A stretch of DNA of 64,000 bases from Hydrurus foetidus (lineage: Eukaryota), in assembly GCA_900617105.1 (NCBI GenBank), contig UYFQ01000842.1, positions 62,001 to 126,000 of the forward strand, given 5' to 3'. The notes below the pieces were generated by a model, which saw only the letters and a program-made list of their open reading frames with translations, made no database searches and was not told the DNA's origin. This document shows positions 29,269-39,267 of this stretch, piece after piece. The position numbers and the translations under genes are program-made. Each line of letters begins with the position of its first letter. Position 1 is the stretch's first letter.

Positions 29269-30324
29269 ATGTCACTCGCTCCCGCCAGCTCCCGAATCCT
29301 GTCACGCGCAACTGTGTTACTTGCAAGTTTGCCACTGGCGGCTTGCAACACGATTGTGATGAAGCCATTTGGTGATATTGCGCAACAACAGTCCCAGTTG
29401 ATTGTTACCGCTGTGGTGTTGATGTTGTTGATCGTAGTCCCGGTGATTGTCTTGACCTTGTTGTTTGCATGGCGCTACAGGAGCGCCAATACCGCCGCCA
29501 CCTACACACCGCAATGGGACCACTCGACGCGTTTGGAGTTGTTAATTTGGGGTGCCCCCCTGCTGATCATCATTGCGCTGGGCGCGGTCACCTGGATCAG
29601 CACCCACAAGTTAGATCCTTACCGGCCGCTGGAGCGGATCGACGCGCACCGGCCACTGGCTGCAGACGTCCAACCGTTCGTAGTCCAAGTGGTGGCGCTG
29701 GATTGGAAATGGTTGTTCTTTTACCCCGAGCTGGGTATTGCCACGGTGAATGAATTGGCAGCCCCCGTGGATCGGCCCATTGAATTCAAAATTACGGCGT
29801 CCTCCGTCATGAATTCTTTTTACATCCCTGCGTTGGCAGGTCAAATTTATGCCATGCCGGGAATGCAAACCCAGCTGCATGCCGTGATTAACACCGCAGG
29901 TGTCTACGACGGGTTCTCTGCCAATTACAGCGGTGCGGGCTTCTCACACATGCGTTTCAAGTTTTTGGGGTTAACCCCGGCAGACTTTGCGCAGTGGGTA
30001 CGGACCACGAAAAATGATGGCGGTACGCTGGGCCGCAACGACTACCTGCAACTTGAGCAGCCCAGCGAGCGTGAGCCCGTCAGGCGCTACGCCACGGTGG
30101 ACGCGGGCTTGTACCAAGCTATTTTGAACCGCTGCGTCGACAGCAGCAAGATGTGTATGGGCCAAATGATGGCGATTGATGCCGCGGGTGGCTCGGGTAA
30201 GGGCGGCATTGGCGGCTTATTCGCAAAACCCTCGCGTGATGCGCTGCGGACCTATGTGGCAGCCCTGTGTACGCCCAGCAACATCAACGGCGAAATCCCC
30301 GTGGACCAGCGCCCAGCACCCTGA
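29269..30324 (+). CDS. cyoA: Cytochrome bo3 ubiquinol oxidase subunit II
   Basis: Lipobox LAAC; VALDWKWLF, SVMNSFYIP, SANYSGAGFS. Confidence 0.95.
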   Translation: MSLAPASSRILSRATVLLASLPLAACNTIVMKPFGDIAQQQSQLIVTAVVLMLLIVVPVIVLTLLFAWRYRSANTAATYTPQWDHSTRLELLIWGAPLLIIIALGAVTWISTHKLDPYRPLERIDAHRPLAADVQPFVVQVVALDWKWLFFYPELGIATVNELAAPVDRPIEFKITASSVMNSFYIPALAGQIYAMPGMQTQLHAVINTAGVYDGFSANYSGAGFSHMRFKFLGLTPADFAQWVRTTKNDGGTLGRNDYLQLEQPSEREPVRRYATVDAGLYQAILNRCVDSSKMCMGQMMAIDAAGGSGKGGIGGLFAKPSRDALRTYVAALCTPSNINGEIPVDQRPAP

Positions 30325-30365
30325 CGGTTTAACCGCGGCCCACTAAGAAATTATTGAGATCACAC

Positions 30366-32366
30366 ATGTTCAACATTCAAGCTATGTCCCAGCTCGTGTT
30401 CGGCCGCCTTGGTCTGGACGCAATCCCGCAAGATCCAATCGTCCTCGTCACCTTGGTCATGGTGATGTTGGGCGGTAGCGCATTGTTTGCAGCAATGACT
30501 TACTACCGTGCCTGGGGAACGCTATGGAACAACTGGATTACCAGCATTGACCACAAAAAAATCGGCATCATGTACATCATCCTGGGGCTGGTGATGCTGT
30601 TCCGCGGCTTCGTTGATGCCCTCTTAATGCGCGCCCACCAAGCCGCGTCCTTTGGGGACAACAGCGGGTTCTTGCCGCCACACCATTACGACCAAATTTT
30701 TACCGCCCACGGCGTACTGATGATTTTTTTCGTCGCCATGCCGCTGGTTACTGGCTTCATGAATTTCGTGGTGCCCTTGCAAATTGGCGCGCGGGATGTG
30801 GCGTTCCCGTTTCTCAATAACTTCAGTTTCTGGATGACTGCCAGCGGCGCGGTGTTGATGATGGTGTCCTTGTTTGTGGGTGAGTTCGCGGCCACAGGCT
30901 GGTTGGCTTATCCGCCGCTGTCTGGCATTTTGCAAAGCCCGGGCGTGGGGGTGGATTACTACATATGGGCCCTGCAGATTGCGGGGGTGGGCACGTCGCT
31001 GTCCGGGATTAATTTGATCGCGACCATCATCAAAATGCGCGCACCCGGCATGACCATGATGAAAATGCCGGTTTTCACCTGGACCGCCCTGTGTACCAAC
31101 GTGCTGATCGTGGCCGCATTCCCGGTACTTACGGCAGTGTTGACTCTACTGGCACTGGACCGCACGGTGGGCACCAACTTTTTCACCAACGACCTCGGCG
31201 GCAACGCCATGATGTATGTCAACCTGATCTGGATTTGGGGCCACCCAGAGGTCTACATTCTTATCTTGCCGGCCTTTGGAATTTTTTCAGAGGTGGTTTC
31301 AACCTTCAGCCACAAGCGGCTCTTTGGCTACGCCTCCATGGTCTACGCCACCGTGGTGATTACCGTACTGTCTTATGTGGTGTGGTTACACCATTTTTTC
31401 ACCATGGGTTCAGGGGCCAGCGTGAATGCTTTTTTTGGCATCACCACCATGATCATTTCCATCCCCACGGGGGCAAAGATCTTCAACTGGCTGTTCACCA
31501 TGTACCGTGGCCGCATTGTGTTTGATGTGCCGATGCTGTGGACGATTGGTTTCATGGTCACGTTTGTGATTGGCGGCATGACCGGTGTGTTGCTGGCGGT
31601 GCCTGCAGCCGACTTCGTGCTGCACAACAGCTTGTTTCTGATTGCCCACTTCCACAATGTGATCATTGGCGGCGTGCTGTTTGGCATGTTTGCCGGAATT
31701 AACTACTGGTTCCCCAAGGCGTTTGGTTACAAGTTGGATGCTTTTTGGGGCAAGTGCTCTTTCTGGTTCTGGCTGGTTGGGTTTTACCTGGCCTTCATGC
31801 CGCTGTATGTGCTGGGCTTAATGGGCGTGACCCGCCGCATGAGCCACTTCGACGATCCCTCGCTGCAGATCTGGTTTCAGGTAGCCGCCTTTGGCGCAGT
31901 GCTGATTGCAATTGGCCTGGCTTGCTTCGTGATCCAACTGGTGGTGAGTTTTCGCAACCGGGAGCAGCTGCGCGACGTAACGGGTGACCCGTGGGATGGC
32001 CGCACACTGGAGTGGTCTACCGCTTCGCCACCGCCCGACTACAACTTTGCATTCACCCCCATCGTGCATGAACTGGATGCCTGGCATGACATGAAGCAGC
32101 GCGGCCATCAGCGTCCGGTGGAGGGTTTCAAGGCCATCCATATACCAAAAAACACGGCGGCTGGTTTCATTATTTCAATGCTGTGCGCCGTGGTGGGCTT
32201 TGCGGTTATCTGGCACATGTGGTTGGTTGCAGCACTGGCGTTTGCAGTGACATTGGCGACTGTGGTGGCACACACCTTTAACTACAAGCGCGACTTTTAC
32301 ATCCCGGCAGACGAGGTTCAACAAACCGAGAACCAGCGTACGCGGGCCCTAGCTGCCCAAGCCTGA
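30366..32366 (+). CDS. cyoB: Cytochrome bo3 ubiquinol oxidase subunit I
   Basis: [41 protein letters not shown]. Confidence 0.98.
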   Translation: MFNIQAMSQLVFGRLGLDAIPQDPIVLVTLVMVMLGGSALFAAMTYYRAWGTLWNNWITSIDHKKIGIMYIILGLVMLFRGFVDALLMRAHQAASFGDNSGFLPPHHYDQIFTAHGVLMIFFVAMPLVTGFMNFVVPLQIGARDVAFPFLNNFSFWMTASGAVLMMVSLFVGEFAATGWLAYPPLSGILQSPGVGVDYYIWALQIAGVGTSLSGINLIATIIKMRAPGMTMMKMPVFTWTALCTNVLIVAAFPVLTAVLTLLALDRTVGTNFFTNDLGGNAMMYVNLIWIWGHPEVYILILPAFGIFSEVVSTFSHKRLFGYASMVYATVVITVLSYVVWLHHFFTMGSGASVNAFFGITTMIISIPTGAKIFNWLFTMYRGRIVFDVPMLWTIGFMVTFVIGGMTGVLLAVPAADFVLHNSLFLIAHFHNVIIGGVLFGMFAGINYWFPKAFGYKLDAFWGKCSFWFWLVGFYLAFMPLYVLGLMGVTRRMSHFDDPSLQIWFQVAAFGAVLIAIGLACFVIQLVVSFRNREQLRDVTGDPWDGRTLEWSTASPPPDYNFAFTPIVHELDAWHDMKQRGHQRPVEGFKAIHIPKNTAAGFIISMLCAVVGFAVIWHMWLVAALAFAVTLATVVAHTFNYKRDFYIPADEVQQTENQRTRALAAQA

Positions 32367-32393
32367 ACTTTACCCTTTGAAGCATTAATCACC

Positions 32394-33017
32394 ATGCAGA
32401 CTTCTACCACCTTGGCGGCCGCTAACCCGGTGCGCTTCTATGACAACGGCGATCACCACCCCCAGCAAGGCACCTTGCTCGGGTTCTGGATCTACCTGAT
32501 GAGCGACTGCCTGATCTTCGCGGTGCTGTTTGCGGTGTATGCCGTGCTGGGGCGCGGGTATGCGGCGGGGCCTTCGGGTGCCGACCTCTTCAACCTGCCG
32601 CTGGTTGCAGCCAACACCGCCTTGTTGCTGTTTTCCTCGGTGACCTATGGCCTTGCCATGATTGGCATGCAGCACGGCCACAAGAAAGCAGTGCTTAGCT
32701 GGCTGGCCATCACGGGTGTGTTGGGCTTGGGCTTTCTGAGTTTGGAACTGTACGAGTTTTCGCACCTGATCCACGAAGGTGCAGGCCCGCAGCGCAGCGC
32801 GTTTCTCTCGTCATTTTTCACCCTGGTCGGTACGCACGGTCTGCATGTGACCTTTGGCACGATTTGGCTGGTCACCCTGATGTTTCAGGTAAGTCGATTT
32901 GGACTGACCACCGCAAACAAACGCCGACTGATGTGTCTGTCCATGTTCTGGCACTTTCTGGACGTGATCTGGATTGGTGTTTTCACCTTTGTTTACTTGA
33001 TGGGAGTGCTGCCATGA
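32394..33017 (+). CDS. cyoC: Cytochrome bo3 oxidase subunit III
   Basis: [24 protein letters not shown]. Confidence 0.96.
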   Translation: MQTSTTLAAANPVRFYDNGDHHPQQGTLLGFWIYLMSDCLIFAVLFAVYAVLGRGYAAGPSGADLFNLPLVAANTALLLFSSVTYGLAMIGMQHGHKKAVLSWLAITGVLGLGFLSLELYEFSHLIHEGAGPQRSAFLSSFFTLVGTHGLHVTFGTIWLVTLMFQVSRFGLTTANKRRLMCLSMFWHFLDVIWIGVFTFVYLMGVLP

Positions 33018-33385
33018 GCGAGCATCTGAACGCGACCGACGACCAAGGCGGCTACCACGCCAGCGTAAAAGGGTATTTGACGGGATTTTTGTTATCGGTT
33101 GTGCTGACCGCCATCCCATTTTGGCTGGTCATGGCCAAGGTACTGCCTAGCTCCGGCATCACCGCCCTGGTAGTTTTGGGCTTTGCGGCGGTGCAAATCG
33201 TGGTGCACATGGTTTACTTTTTACACATGAACACGCGGGTCGAGGGCGGCTGGTCCATGCTTGCGTTGTTGTTCACTGGCGTGCTGGTGCTGATCATGTT
33301 GTCGGGCTCCATTTGGGTGATGTACCACCTGAACACCAACATGATGCCGGTGCACGACATGACCGAAATGCGTAACATGCCCTGA
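33014..33385 (+). CDS. cyoD: Cytochrome bo3 oxidase subunit IV
   Basis: [29 protein letters not shown]. Confidence 0.95.
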   Translation: MSEHLNATDDQGGYHASVKGYLTGFLLSVVLTAIPFWLVMAKVLPSSGITALVVLGFAAVQIVVHMVYFLHMNTRVEGGWSMLALLFTGVLVLIMLSGSIWVMYHLNTNMMPVHDMTEMRNMP

Positions 33386-33388
33386 ACC

Positions 33389-34195
33389 ATGTCTGATGAC
33401 ACTGACGATCTCCCATTACCCGCCAAGCCCGCGCTGCTGCTGGCTCTGTTGGTTTTAGGGAGCGTCATCTTTGTGGGCTTGCTAGCGCTAGGGGTCTGGC
33501 AGGTGCAGCGTCTGCAGTGGAAGCAGGCCCTGATTGCACGGGTCGAACAACGGGTGCATGCCGCACCAGTGGCGGCACCGGGTCCGGCGCAGTGGGCTGC
33601 CATCAATCGGGCGTCGAACGAATACAGCCGGGTTCAAGTGGCCGGGCATTTTGACCACACGCGGGAAACCTTGGTGCGCGCCAGCACCGAGCTTGGCAGC
33701 GGCTTCTGGGTCATGACGCCAATGCAGACCAGCGCTGGCTTTTGGGTTCTGGTGAATCGCGGGTTCGTCTCGGCGGCGTTGCGTGCGCAGGGTTCGCGTC
33801 CCGATAGCGGTGACTTGCAGGTCATCAGCGGCTTGCTGCGGCTTAGCGAGCCAGGTGGCAGTTGGCTGCAGTCCAACGATGCGGCGTCTGGTCGCTGGTA
33901 TTCGCGCGATGTGCAGGCCATAGCGGCCAGCGTGGCCCTGGACGCGCAACCCGACGCGCGCGGTACGACTCAGGTGGCACCCTACTTTATTGACGCTGGC
34001 GCATCGCAAGATGCTGCAGCCTGGCCGCGCAGGGGTCTTACGGTGCTCAGTTTCAATAACAACCACGCCGTGTACGCCTTGACCTGGTTTGTACTGGCCG
34101 CCATGGTGGCGGCCGCCATGGCGTATCTTGTACATTCCGAACGGCAACTGCGCAGGGTGCCGGTGACTGGTAAGCGGACGACCTTCCATGCGTGA
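33389..34195 (+). CDS. SURF1-family protein
   Basis: LGVWQVQRLQWK, VLVNRGFV, NNHAVYALTWF. Confidence 0.92.
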   Translation: MSDDTDDLPLPAKPALLLALLVLGSVIFVGLLALGVWQVQRLQWKQALIARVEQRVHAAPVAAPGPAQWAAINRASNEYSRVQVAGHFDHTRETLVRASTELGSGFWVMTPMQTSAGFWVLVNRGFVSAALRAQGSRPDSGDLQVISGLLRLSEPGGSWLQSNDAASGRWYSRDVQAIAASVALDAQPDARGTTQVAPYFIDAGASQDAAAWPRRGLTVLSFNNNHAVYALTWFVLAAMVAAAMAYLVHSERQLRRVPVTGKRTTFHA

Positions 34196-35543
34196 CCCGT
34201 TGCAATTGTTGCCGCTGTATGCCGCCGACGATGGCCTGACCGGCGGCGGCGTCACCACTGAAATTCTGGCAGGACGTAATAACCTGCTGCAGCTGGTCCA
34301 ACTACGTTGGCTGGCCGTGGGTGGCCAGTTGGCGACGATTCTGGGCGTGCAGTTTGTATTGGGTGCGCAGCTCCCGCTGGCAGAAATGTTGTCGCTGGTG
34401 GCGGTGCTCTGTCTTTTTAACTTGATTAGCTGGCTGCGCTTTCGCATGGCTTCGGGCGATATTGCCAACGTCGAGTTATTCACGGGCCTGCTGGTCGATG
34501 TGGGGCTGCTTAGTGCGTTGCTCTACTACAGCGGTGGCATCGCCAACCCGTTTATATTTTTGTATCTGTTGCAAGTCGCGGTGGGCGCGGTGCTACTCAA
34601 GCCGCGCTACATCTGGGCGATGGTGGTGTTGACCAGCCTGTGCTTTGTCCTGCTGACCCTCTGGAACCGCCCCCTGATCCTGCCGGATCTGGTGAGCCCG
34701 ACACTGTCGGTGCACTACATCAGCGGCTTGCTGGTGTGCTTCACGCTCAATGCGGCTCTGCTGGTGATCTTTATACACCGCATTGGCAGCAACCTGCGCC
34801 AGCGCGATGCCCGGCTGGCCGATCTGCGCCAGCGCGCGGCAGAACAAGAGCATATCGTTCGCATGGGCCTGCTGGCTTCGGGCGCGGCACATGAGCTGGG
34901 CACGCCGCTGGCCACCTTGTCCGTGATCTTGGGTGACTGGGTCCACAGCGTGCCCCTGTCCCAAGATCCAGTGATGCTGGATGAAATCAAGATGATGCAG
35001 CTGCAATTGCAGCGCTGCAAGACCATCGTTAGCGGTATCTTGATGTCGGCGGGCGAGGCGCGGGCAGAAGCTCCCGTGGCGACAACCTTGCACCTGTTTT
35101 TGGACCAGCTGGTGGACGAATGGCGCAGCGCCCGTCCGCTGCAGATACTGCAGTACGCGCGCAGCGGCTTCACAGATCGGCCGATCATCTCGGACTCTGC
35201 GCTCAAGCAGATGGTGGGCAATCTGCTGGACAACGGCGTAGATGCAGCGCCGGCCCAGCCCTTGCAGCTGCGTGTTGAGTGCACCAACAACTGGCTCATC
35301 TTGAGTGTCCGCGACGCTGGTGCGGGCTTTAGCGCTGAAATGTTGAATAATTTTGCAAAACCCTACCATTCCACTAAGGGTCGCCCTGGCAGCGGCTTGG
35401 GGCTTTTTCTGTCGGTCAATGTGGCGCGCACGCTGGGCGGCAGGATTGACGCCAGCAACATGGCAGGTGGAGGGGCAGAAGTGGTGGTCAGACTGCCACT
35501 GGCTGCGCTCACCCTGCGTGAAAGGAACGTACGTGGAAGCTGA
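34188..35543 (+). CDS. RegB/PrrB-like sensor histidine kinase
   Basis: LRWLAV.GQ, GGIANPF, AAHELGTPL, GSGLGLFL. Confidence 0.88.
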   Translation: MRDPLQLLPLYAADDGLTGGGVTTEILAGRNNLLQLVQLRWLAVGGQLATILGVQFVLGAQLPLAEMLSLVAVLCLFNLISWLRFRMASGDIANVELFTGLLVDVGLLSALLYYSGGIANPFIFLYLLQVAVGAVLLKPRYIWAMVVLTSLCFVLLTLWNRPLILPDLVSPTLSVHYISGLLVCFTLNAALLVIFIHRIGSNLRQRDARLADLRQRAAEQEHIVRMGLLASGAAHELGTPLATLSVILGDWVHSVPLSQDPVMLDEIKMMQLQLQRCKTIVSGILMSAGEARAEAPVATTLHLFLDQLVDEWRSARPLQILQYARSGFTDRPIISDSALKQMVGNLLDNGVDAAPAQPLQLRVECTNNWLILSVRDAGAGFSAEMLNNFAKPYHSTKGRPGSGLGLFLSVNVARTLGGRIDASNMAGGGAEVVVRLPLAALTLRERNVRGS

Positions 35544-36069
35544 TCGGCGTTTGCTCATTGTCGAAGACGACGATGCTTTTGCCACGACCCTGAGCCGTTC
35601 GTTCGCAAAGCGTGGCTATAAGGTTCAACGCGCTGCAGGTCTGGCCGAGGTTCCGGCCCTGCTTTTGACGCACCGTCCCCATTACGCGGTGGTTGATTTG
35701 AAGCTGGCAGCTGGTGCCTCTGGCCTGAGTTGTGTCCAGGTGCTGCACGCGTACGATCCGTTGATGATGATCGTGGTGCTGACCGGCTATGCCAGCATCG
35801 CGACTGCGGTTGAGGCGATCAAGCTGGGTGCGCGGCATTACTTGGCCAAGCCCGCCAACACCGACGATATCGAAGAGGCTTTTTCCCGCGCCGAGGGTGA
35901 TGCGGCAGTGGGGCTGACGTCGCGCACCACCTCCATCAAGACGCTGGAGTGGGAGCACATTCACGAAGCCATGGCGGCCGCTGACTTTAATATTTCAGAG
36001 ACCGCCCGGCGCCTGGGTATGCATCGCCGCACCTTGGCGCGCAAGCTGGAGAAGCAGCGCATCAAATAG
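35533..36069 (+). CDS. RegA/PrrA-like response regulator
   Basis: LTGYASIATAVEAIKLGA, LEWEHI, NISETARRLGMHRRTL. Confidence 0.9.
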   Translation: MEADRRLLIVEDDDAFATTLSRSFAKRGYKVQRAAGLAEVPALLLTHRPHYAVVDLKLAAGASGLSCVQVLHAYDPLMMIVVLTGYASIATAVEAIKLGARHYLAKPANTDDIEEAFSRAEGDAAVGLTSRTTSIKTLEWEHIHEAMAAADFNISETARRLGMHRRTLARKLEKQRIK

Positions 36070-36218
36070 CCCTGTAAATTTAGCGATGGCCGGCGCCAGC
36101 ACATGCACCAGCGAATACATCAGCAATCGGCAATTAAGGCCACCAGCAGTCCAGCTTTCAGGACAGTCCACAGCGCAAGCGCCGCGAGGAGATAAGAGGC
36201 TGCGACCGGTGCTGTCAA

Positions 36219-36244
36219 TTTTGCGGATGTGCTCATCCGCAAAA
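36219..36244. terminator. Bidirectional hairpin between convergent cassettes
   Basis: TTTTGCGGATG-TGCT-CATCCGCAAAA. Confidence 0.7.
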
Positions 36245-36248
36245 TGCA

Positions 36249-37820
36249 TCAAGTGCCCACGGCCGGCAGCGTCAGGGTCACTTGCGTCCCTACGCCCAGT
36301 TGGCTGATTACCGCGACCTGTCCCCCATGCAATTCCACAATGCGTTTAACAATGGCTAAGCCCAGGCCTTTTCCGCCTTCGCCGGTGGCGGGCGCAACGC
36401 TTTGGCGGCTTTGGTAGAAACGGTCAAACAGATGTGGCAGATCGGCGGCCGCAATGCCGGGCCCGGTGTCACCTACCCGCACCTGCACGTGTGCGCCAGT
36501 GCTCACGGCTTCCAGTGTGATGGTGGCCCCTGCGGAGCAGAATTTCAAGGCGTTGTCGACCAAATTGGCAATCGCCCGCTCAAACAACTCCACATCGACC
36601 GCCGCCAACGGGGTGGTCTGTGCAGACATGACCGAATGAATCCGAACGCCTGCCTTGGCCGCACGCGCGGTGAAGCGCAGCGCCACGTCGTCCAGCAATT
36701 CCGAGACATCCATGAGTTCTGGGTGCAGTTTGAATTCGGGTTCGTCCAACTGCGCCAGGTCGCCCATGGACTGCACCAACCGCGCCGCGTTCTGGGTGTT
36801 GCGCAGCGCGACCTCCACCAACTGGCGGTCACCGTCGCGCGCCGCATCTCCCACCCAGCGGTTTTCCAACGTTTCCAGGCAGGCGGTGGTGGCAGTCAAG
36901 GGGGAGCGCAGGTCGTGAGACAGGTTGCTGACGCCTTCGCGCCGGAAATGGTCCAGGTGGCGCAGCGCACTCCATTGCGCGCGCAAGGTGTCCAACATGG
37001 CACGGACGCCGCTGGTCAGTTGACCGAATTCGTCAGGCTGGGTCTTCGCAGTCGCTTCAAAAATAGCGGGCTGCGTGCTGGAGGCCGCATATTCCTGCAA
37101 GCCGTGGCGCGACACGGTGGCCACCGCTTCCGTGAGCTGGGCCAAGGGGCGGGTGACGGCGGCCGTGACCCAGGCGGCCAACAACGTAGTAAGCCCCACC
37201 ACCAGTAAAATAAGGATGAGGGTTGGCTGCGCAAAAGTGCTTTGCAGCGCTGCTAGGCCGCCCTGTGGCAAGGTGCCTTTATGGCATACCAAGTACAGGT
37301 AACCGTCCACCTTGCTGTCGTTGCGGATGATGCTGCGCCGCAAGGGCCGCGCGGCAATTACCGCGTTGCTGTCCATGCGCTCCGGGTCGTCGCCCATCAC
37401 ATACGGCATGGGCGGGGTGGCGACGGCTTCGAGTACAGGTGCCAAGGCCACTTTGAAGCCCTTGGGTAGTGGCACGTCGCCGGTGGACGCTACTACGGTG
37501 CCGTGGCTGTCCAGTAAATACAGCTGGGTGTCCGGCTCAAACAGCACCAGGGTTTTCAGGAAATCAACGAACTCGTCCGCGTAGCGCTCCTGCATCTCGA
37601 AAATATCCGGGTGGAGTGCAACCACCCGCTCCAGAAAAGCGCTCGATCGGTAGTAGGTGGCCTCGTGCTCCAAGCGTTGAAACGCGAGCAGCACTGTGGC
37701 GATGACGCCCACCGCGGTGAGCAAACCGGTCAGAAAAATGGTCAAGGCAATCTTGAGGCGGACGGACACAGGCGTGGTTCTTTCAGCGGGGTGCGTCACG
37801 CATCTTGTAGCCGGCACCAC
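36249..37820 (-). CDS. HAMP-containing sensor histidine kinase (start uncertain, possibly GTG at 37769)
   Basis: SHDLRSPL, NLVDNALKF, DTGPGI, GLGLAIVKRIVELHGG. Confidence 0.9.
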   Translation of the reverse strand: MVPATRCVTHPAERTTPVSVRLKIALTIFLTGLLTAVGVIATVLLAFQRLEHEATYYRSSAFLERVVALHPDIFEMQERYADEFVDFLKTLVLFEPDTQLYLLDSHGTVVASTGDVPLPKGFKVALAPVLEAVATPPMPYVMGDDPERMDSNAVIAARPLRRSIIRNDSKVDGYLYLVCHKGTLPQGGLAALQSTFAQPTLILILLVVGLTTLLAAWVTAAVTRPLAQLTEAVATVSRHGLQEYAASSTQPAIFEATAKTQPDEFGQLTSGVRAMLDTLRAQWSALRHLDHFRREGVSNLSHDLRSPLTATTACLETLENRWVGDAARDGDRQLVEVALRNTQNAARLVQSMGDLAQLDEPEFKLHPELMDVSELLDDVALRFTARAAKAGVRIHSVMSAQTTPLAAVDVELFERAIANLVDNALKFCSAGATITLEAVSTGAHVQVRVGDTGPGIAAADLPHLFDRFYQSRQSVAPATGEGGKGLGLAIVKRIVELHGGQVAVISQLGVGTQVTLTLPAVGT

Positions 37821-38499
37821 GCACCGTCAAAATCAACTCCGGGCGCAGCGGGTCGGTTTCCAGCTTGGCGCGCAGGCGGTTGATGTGGGTGGTGACCGTG
37901 TGTTCGTAGCCGTCGTGGGTGTAGCCCCACACGCCATTCAACAGTTGTCCCCTTGAGAAAACCCGACCCGGATGCTGTGCGAAATACAGCAGTAAATCAA
38001 ACTCCAGCGCGGTGAAGTCCAGCGCCTTGCCCCGCATCAGGACCTCGCGTCGCACCGGCAATATCTCCAGCGCACCATTGATGAGCACCGTGGACTGGGT
38101 GTGCGCATTCAGCTGCGCGGTATGCAGCAGCTCGGCCCGGCGCAGCAAGGCTTTGACGCGCGCCAACAGTTCTGCCAACGAGAAGGGTTTGGTTAGGTAG
38201 TCGTCGGCGCCCAATTCCAGGCCCAGCACCCGGTCCAGCTCGGTGGACTTGGCGGTCAGCATCAGGATGGGCGTGCTGTTACCCCGGGCGCGCAACGCTT
38301 TGCACACCTCCAGACCATCCAGGCCTGGCATCATCAAATCCAGAATCAATACATCGTGGGCGCGCTCGGTTTCGGCCGCCAGGGCCGCCAGGCCGTCACC
38401 CACTTCGGTGACCTCATACCCCGCGCTTTGCAGGTTGAGCACCAACAAATTGCGGATATCTACTTGGTCATCGGCGACCAGGATTCTTTTCATGTCCAT
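37783..38499 (-). CDS. OmpR-family response regulator
   Basis: LDLMMPGLDG, GADDYLTKPF, HINRLRAKLE, TVRGAGY. Confidence 0.93.
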   Translation of the reverse strand: MDMKRILVADDQVDIRNLLVLNLQSAGYEVTEVGDGLAALAAETERAHDVLILDLMMPGLDGLEVCKALRARGNSTPILMLTAKSTELDRVLGLELGADDYLTKPFSLAELLARVKALLRRAELLHTAQLNAHTQSTVLINGALEILPVRREVLMRGKALDFTALEFDLLLYFAQHPGRVFSRGQLLNGVWGYTHDGYEHTVTTHINRLRAKLETDPLRPELILTVRGAGYKMRDAPR

Positions 38500-38621
38500 A
38501 CCTTCTGTCCGTCTCGGGCCGAGTTTCTTACAGAAATGTTATCTGATTGTTATGTTTCGAGAGGGTGGCGTGAGCTTGGACTGCCAAAGTCTACCTAACG
38601 ACTTTTCCACGAAAGCTTGCC

Positions 38622-39152
38622 ATGATGACCGCCACCCAAATCACCCCGATTGACTCCACCGTCTCCGCCGTCGTGTGGAGCGACATGGTGGCACATCGCA
38701 ACTATCTGGTGCGCTTTGCCCGGCGCAAGCTGCACGATCCCACACTGGCGGAAGACGTTGTGCACGACGTCTTCGAGGCAGTGATGGTAGGGCGGGCTGC
38801 ATTTGCCGGGCGTTCGGCTCTGCGCAGCTGGTTGACGGCCATTTTGAAAAACAAGATTGTGGATGTAATCCGCCAGCGGGCCCGCTACGACAGCCTGGAC
38901 GATGAATCGGACGAGGATGGGGCCGTGCAAGCAGAGAGCCCCTTTGCCCGGCCTGACGAGCTGGCCGAGCAGCGCCAGAAGCTGTACCAGACCATGCAAC
39001 GCATCGGCACTTTGCCCCAGGGCCTGCGCGATGTGATGGAGTTTCGGGTGCTGCAGGACGAGTCATCTCAAGAGGTGTGTGAGCGCCTGCAGATCAGCGA
39101 AGCCAGCCTGTTTGTGCGGCTGCACCGCGCCCGCAAACAGCTGATGTGCTGA
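38622..39152 (+). CDS. ECF sigma-70 family factor
   Basis: AEDVVHDVF, LRSWLTAILKNK, VRLHRARKQL. Confidence 0.88.
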   Translation: MMTATQITPIDSTVSAVVWSDMVAHRNYLVRFARRKLHDPTLAEDVVHDVFEAVMVGRAAFAGRSALRSWLTAILKNKIVDVIRQRARYDSLDDESDEDGAVQAESPFARPDELAEQRQKLYQTMQRIGTLPQGLRDVMEFRVLQDESSQEVCERLQISEASLFVRLHRARKQLMC

Positions 39153-39178
39153 GGAGCTGAATCAAAGGGAGCACAAAA

Positions 39179-39229
39179 ATGCGAGTATTGCTAATAATCG
39201 ACGCGGACAACTTCGATGCCCCAGCCTGA
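39179..39229 (+). pseudogene. Possible N-terminal stub of a NYN/PIN-like gene
   Basis: MRVLLIIDADNFDAPA* after a GGGAG RBS, at the right edge of the accessory tract. Confidence 0.35.
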
Positions 39230-39267
39230 TCAGCAGGTTGTCAAAAAATAACCCCCACATCCTTGCG

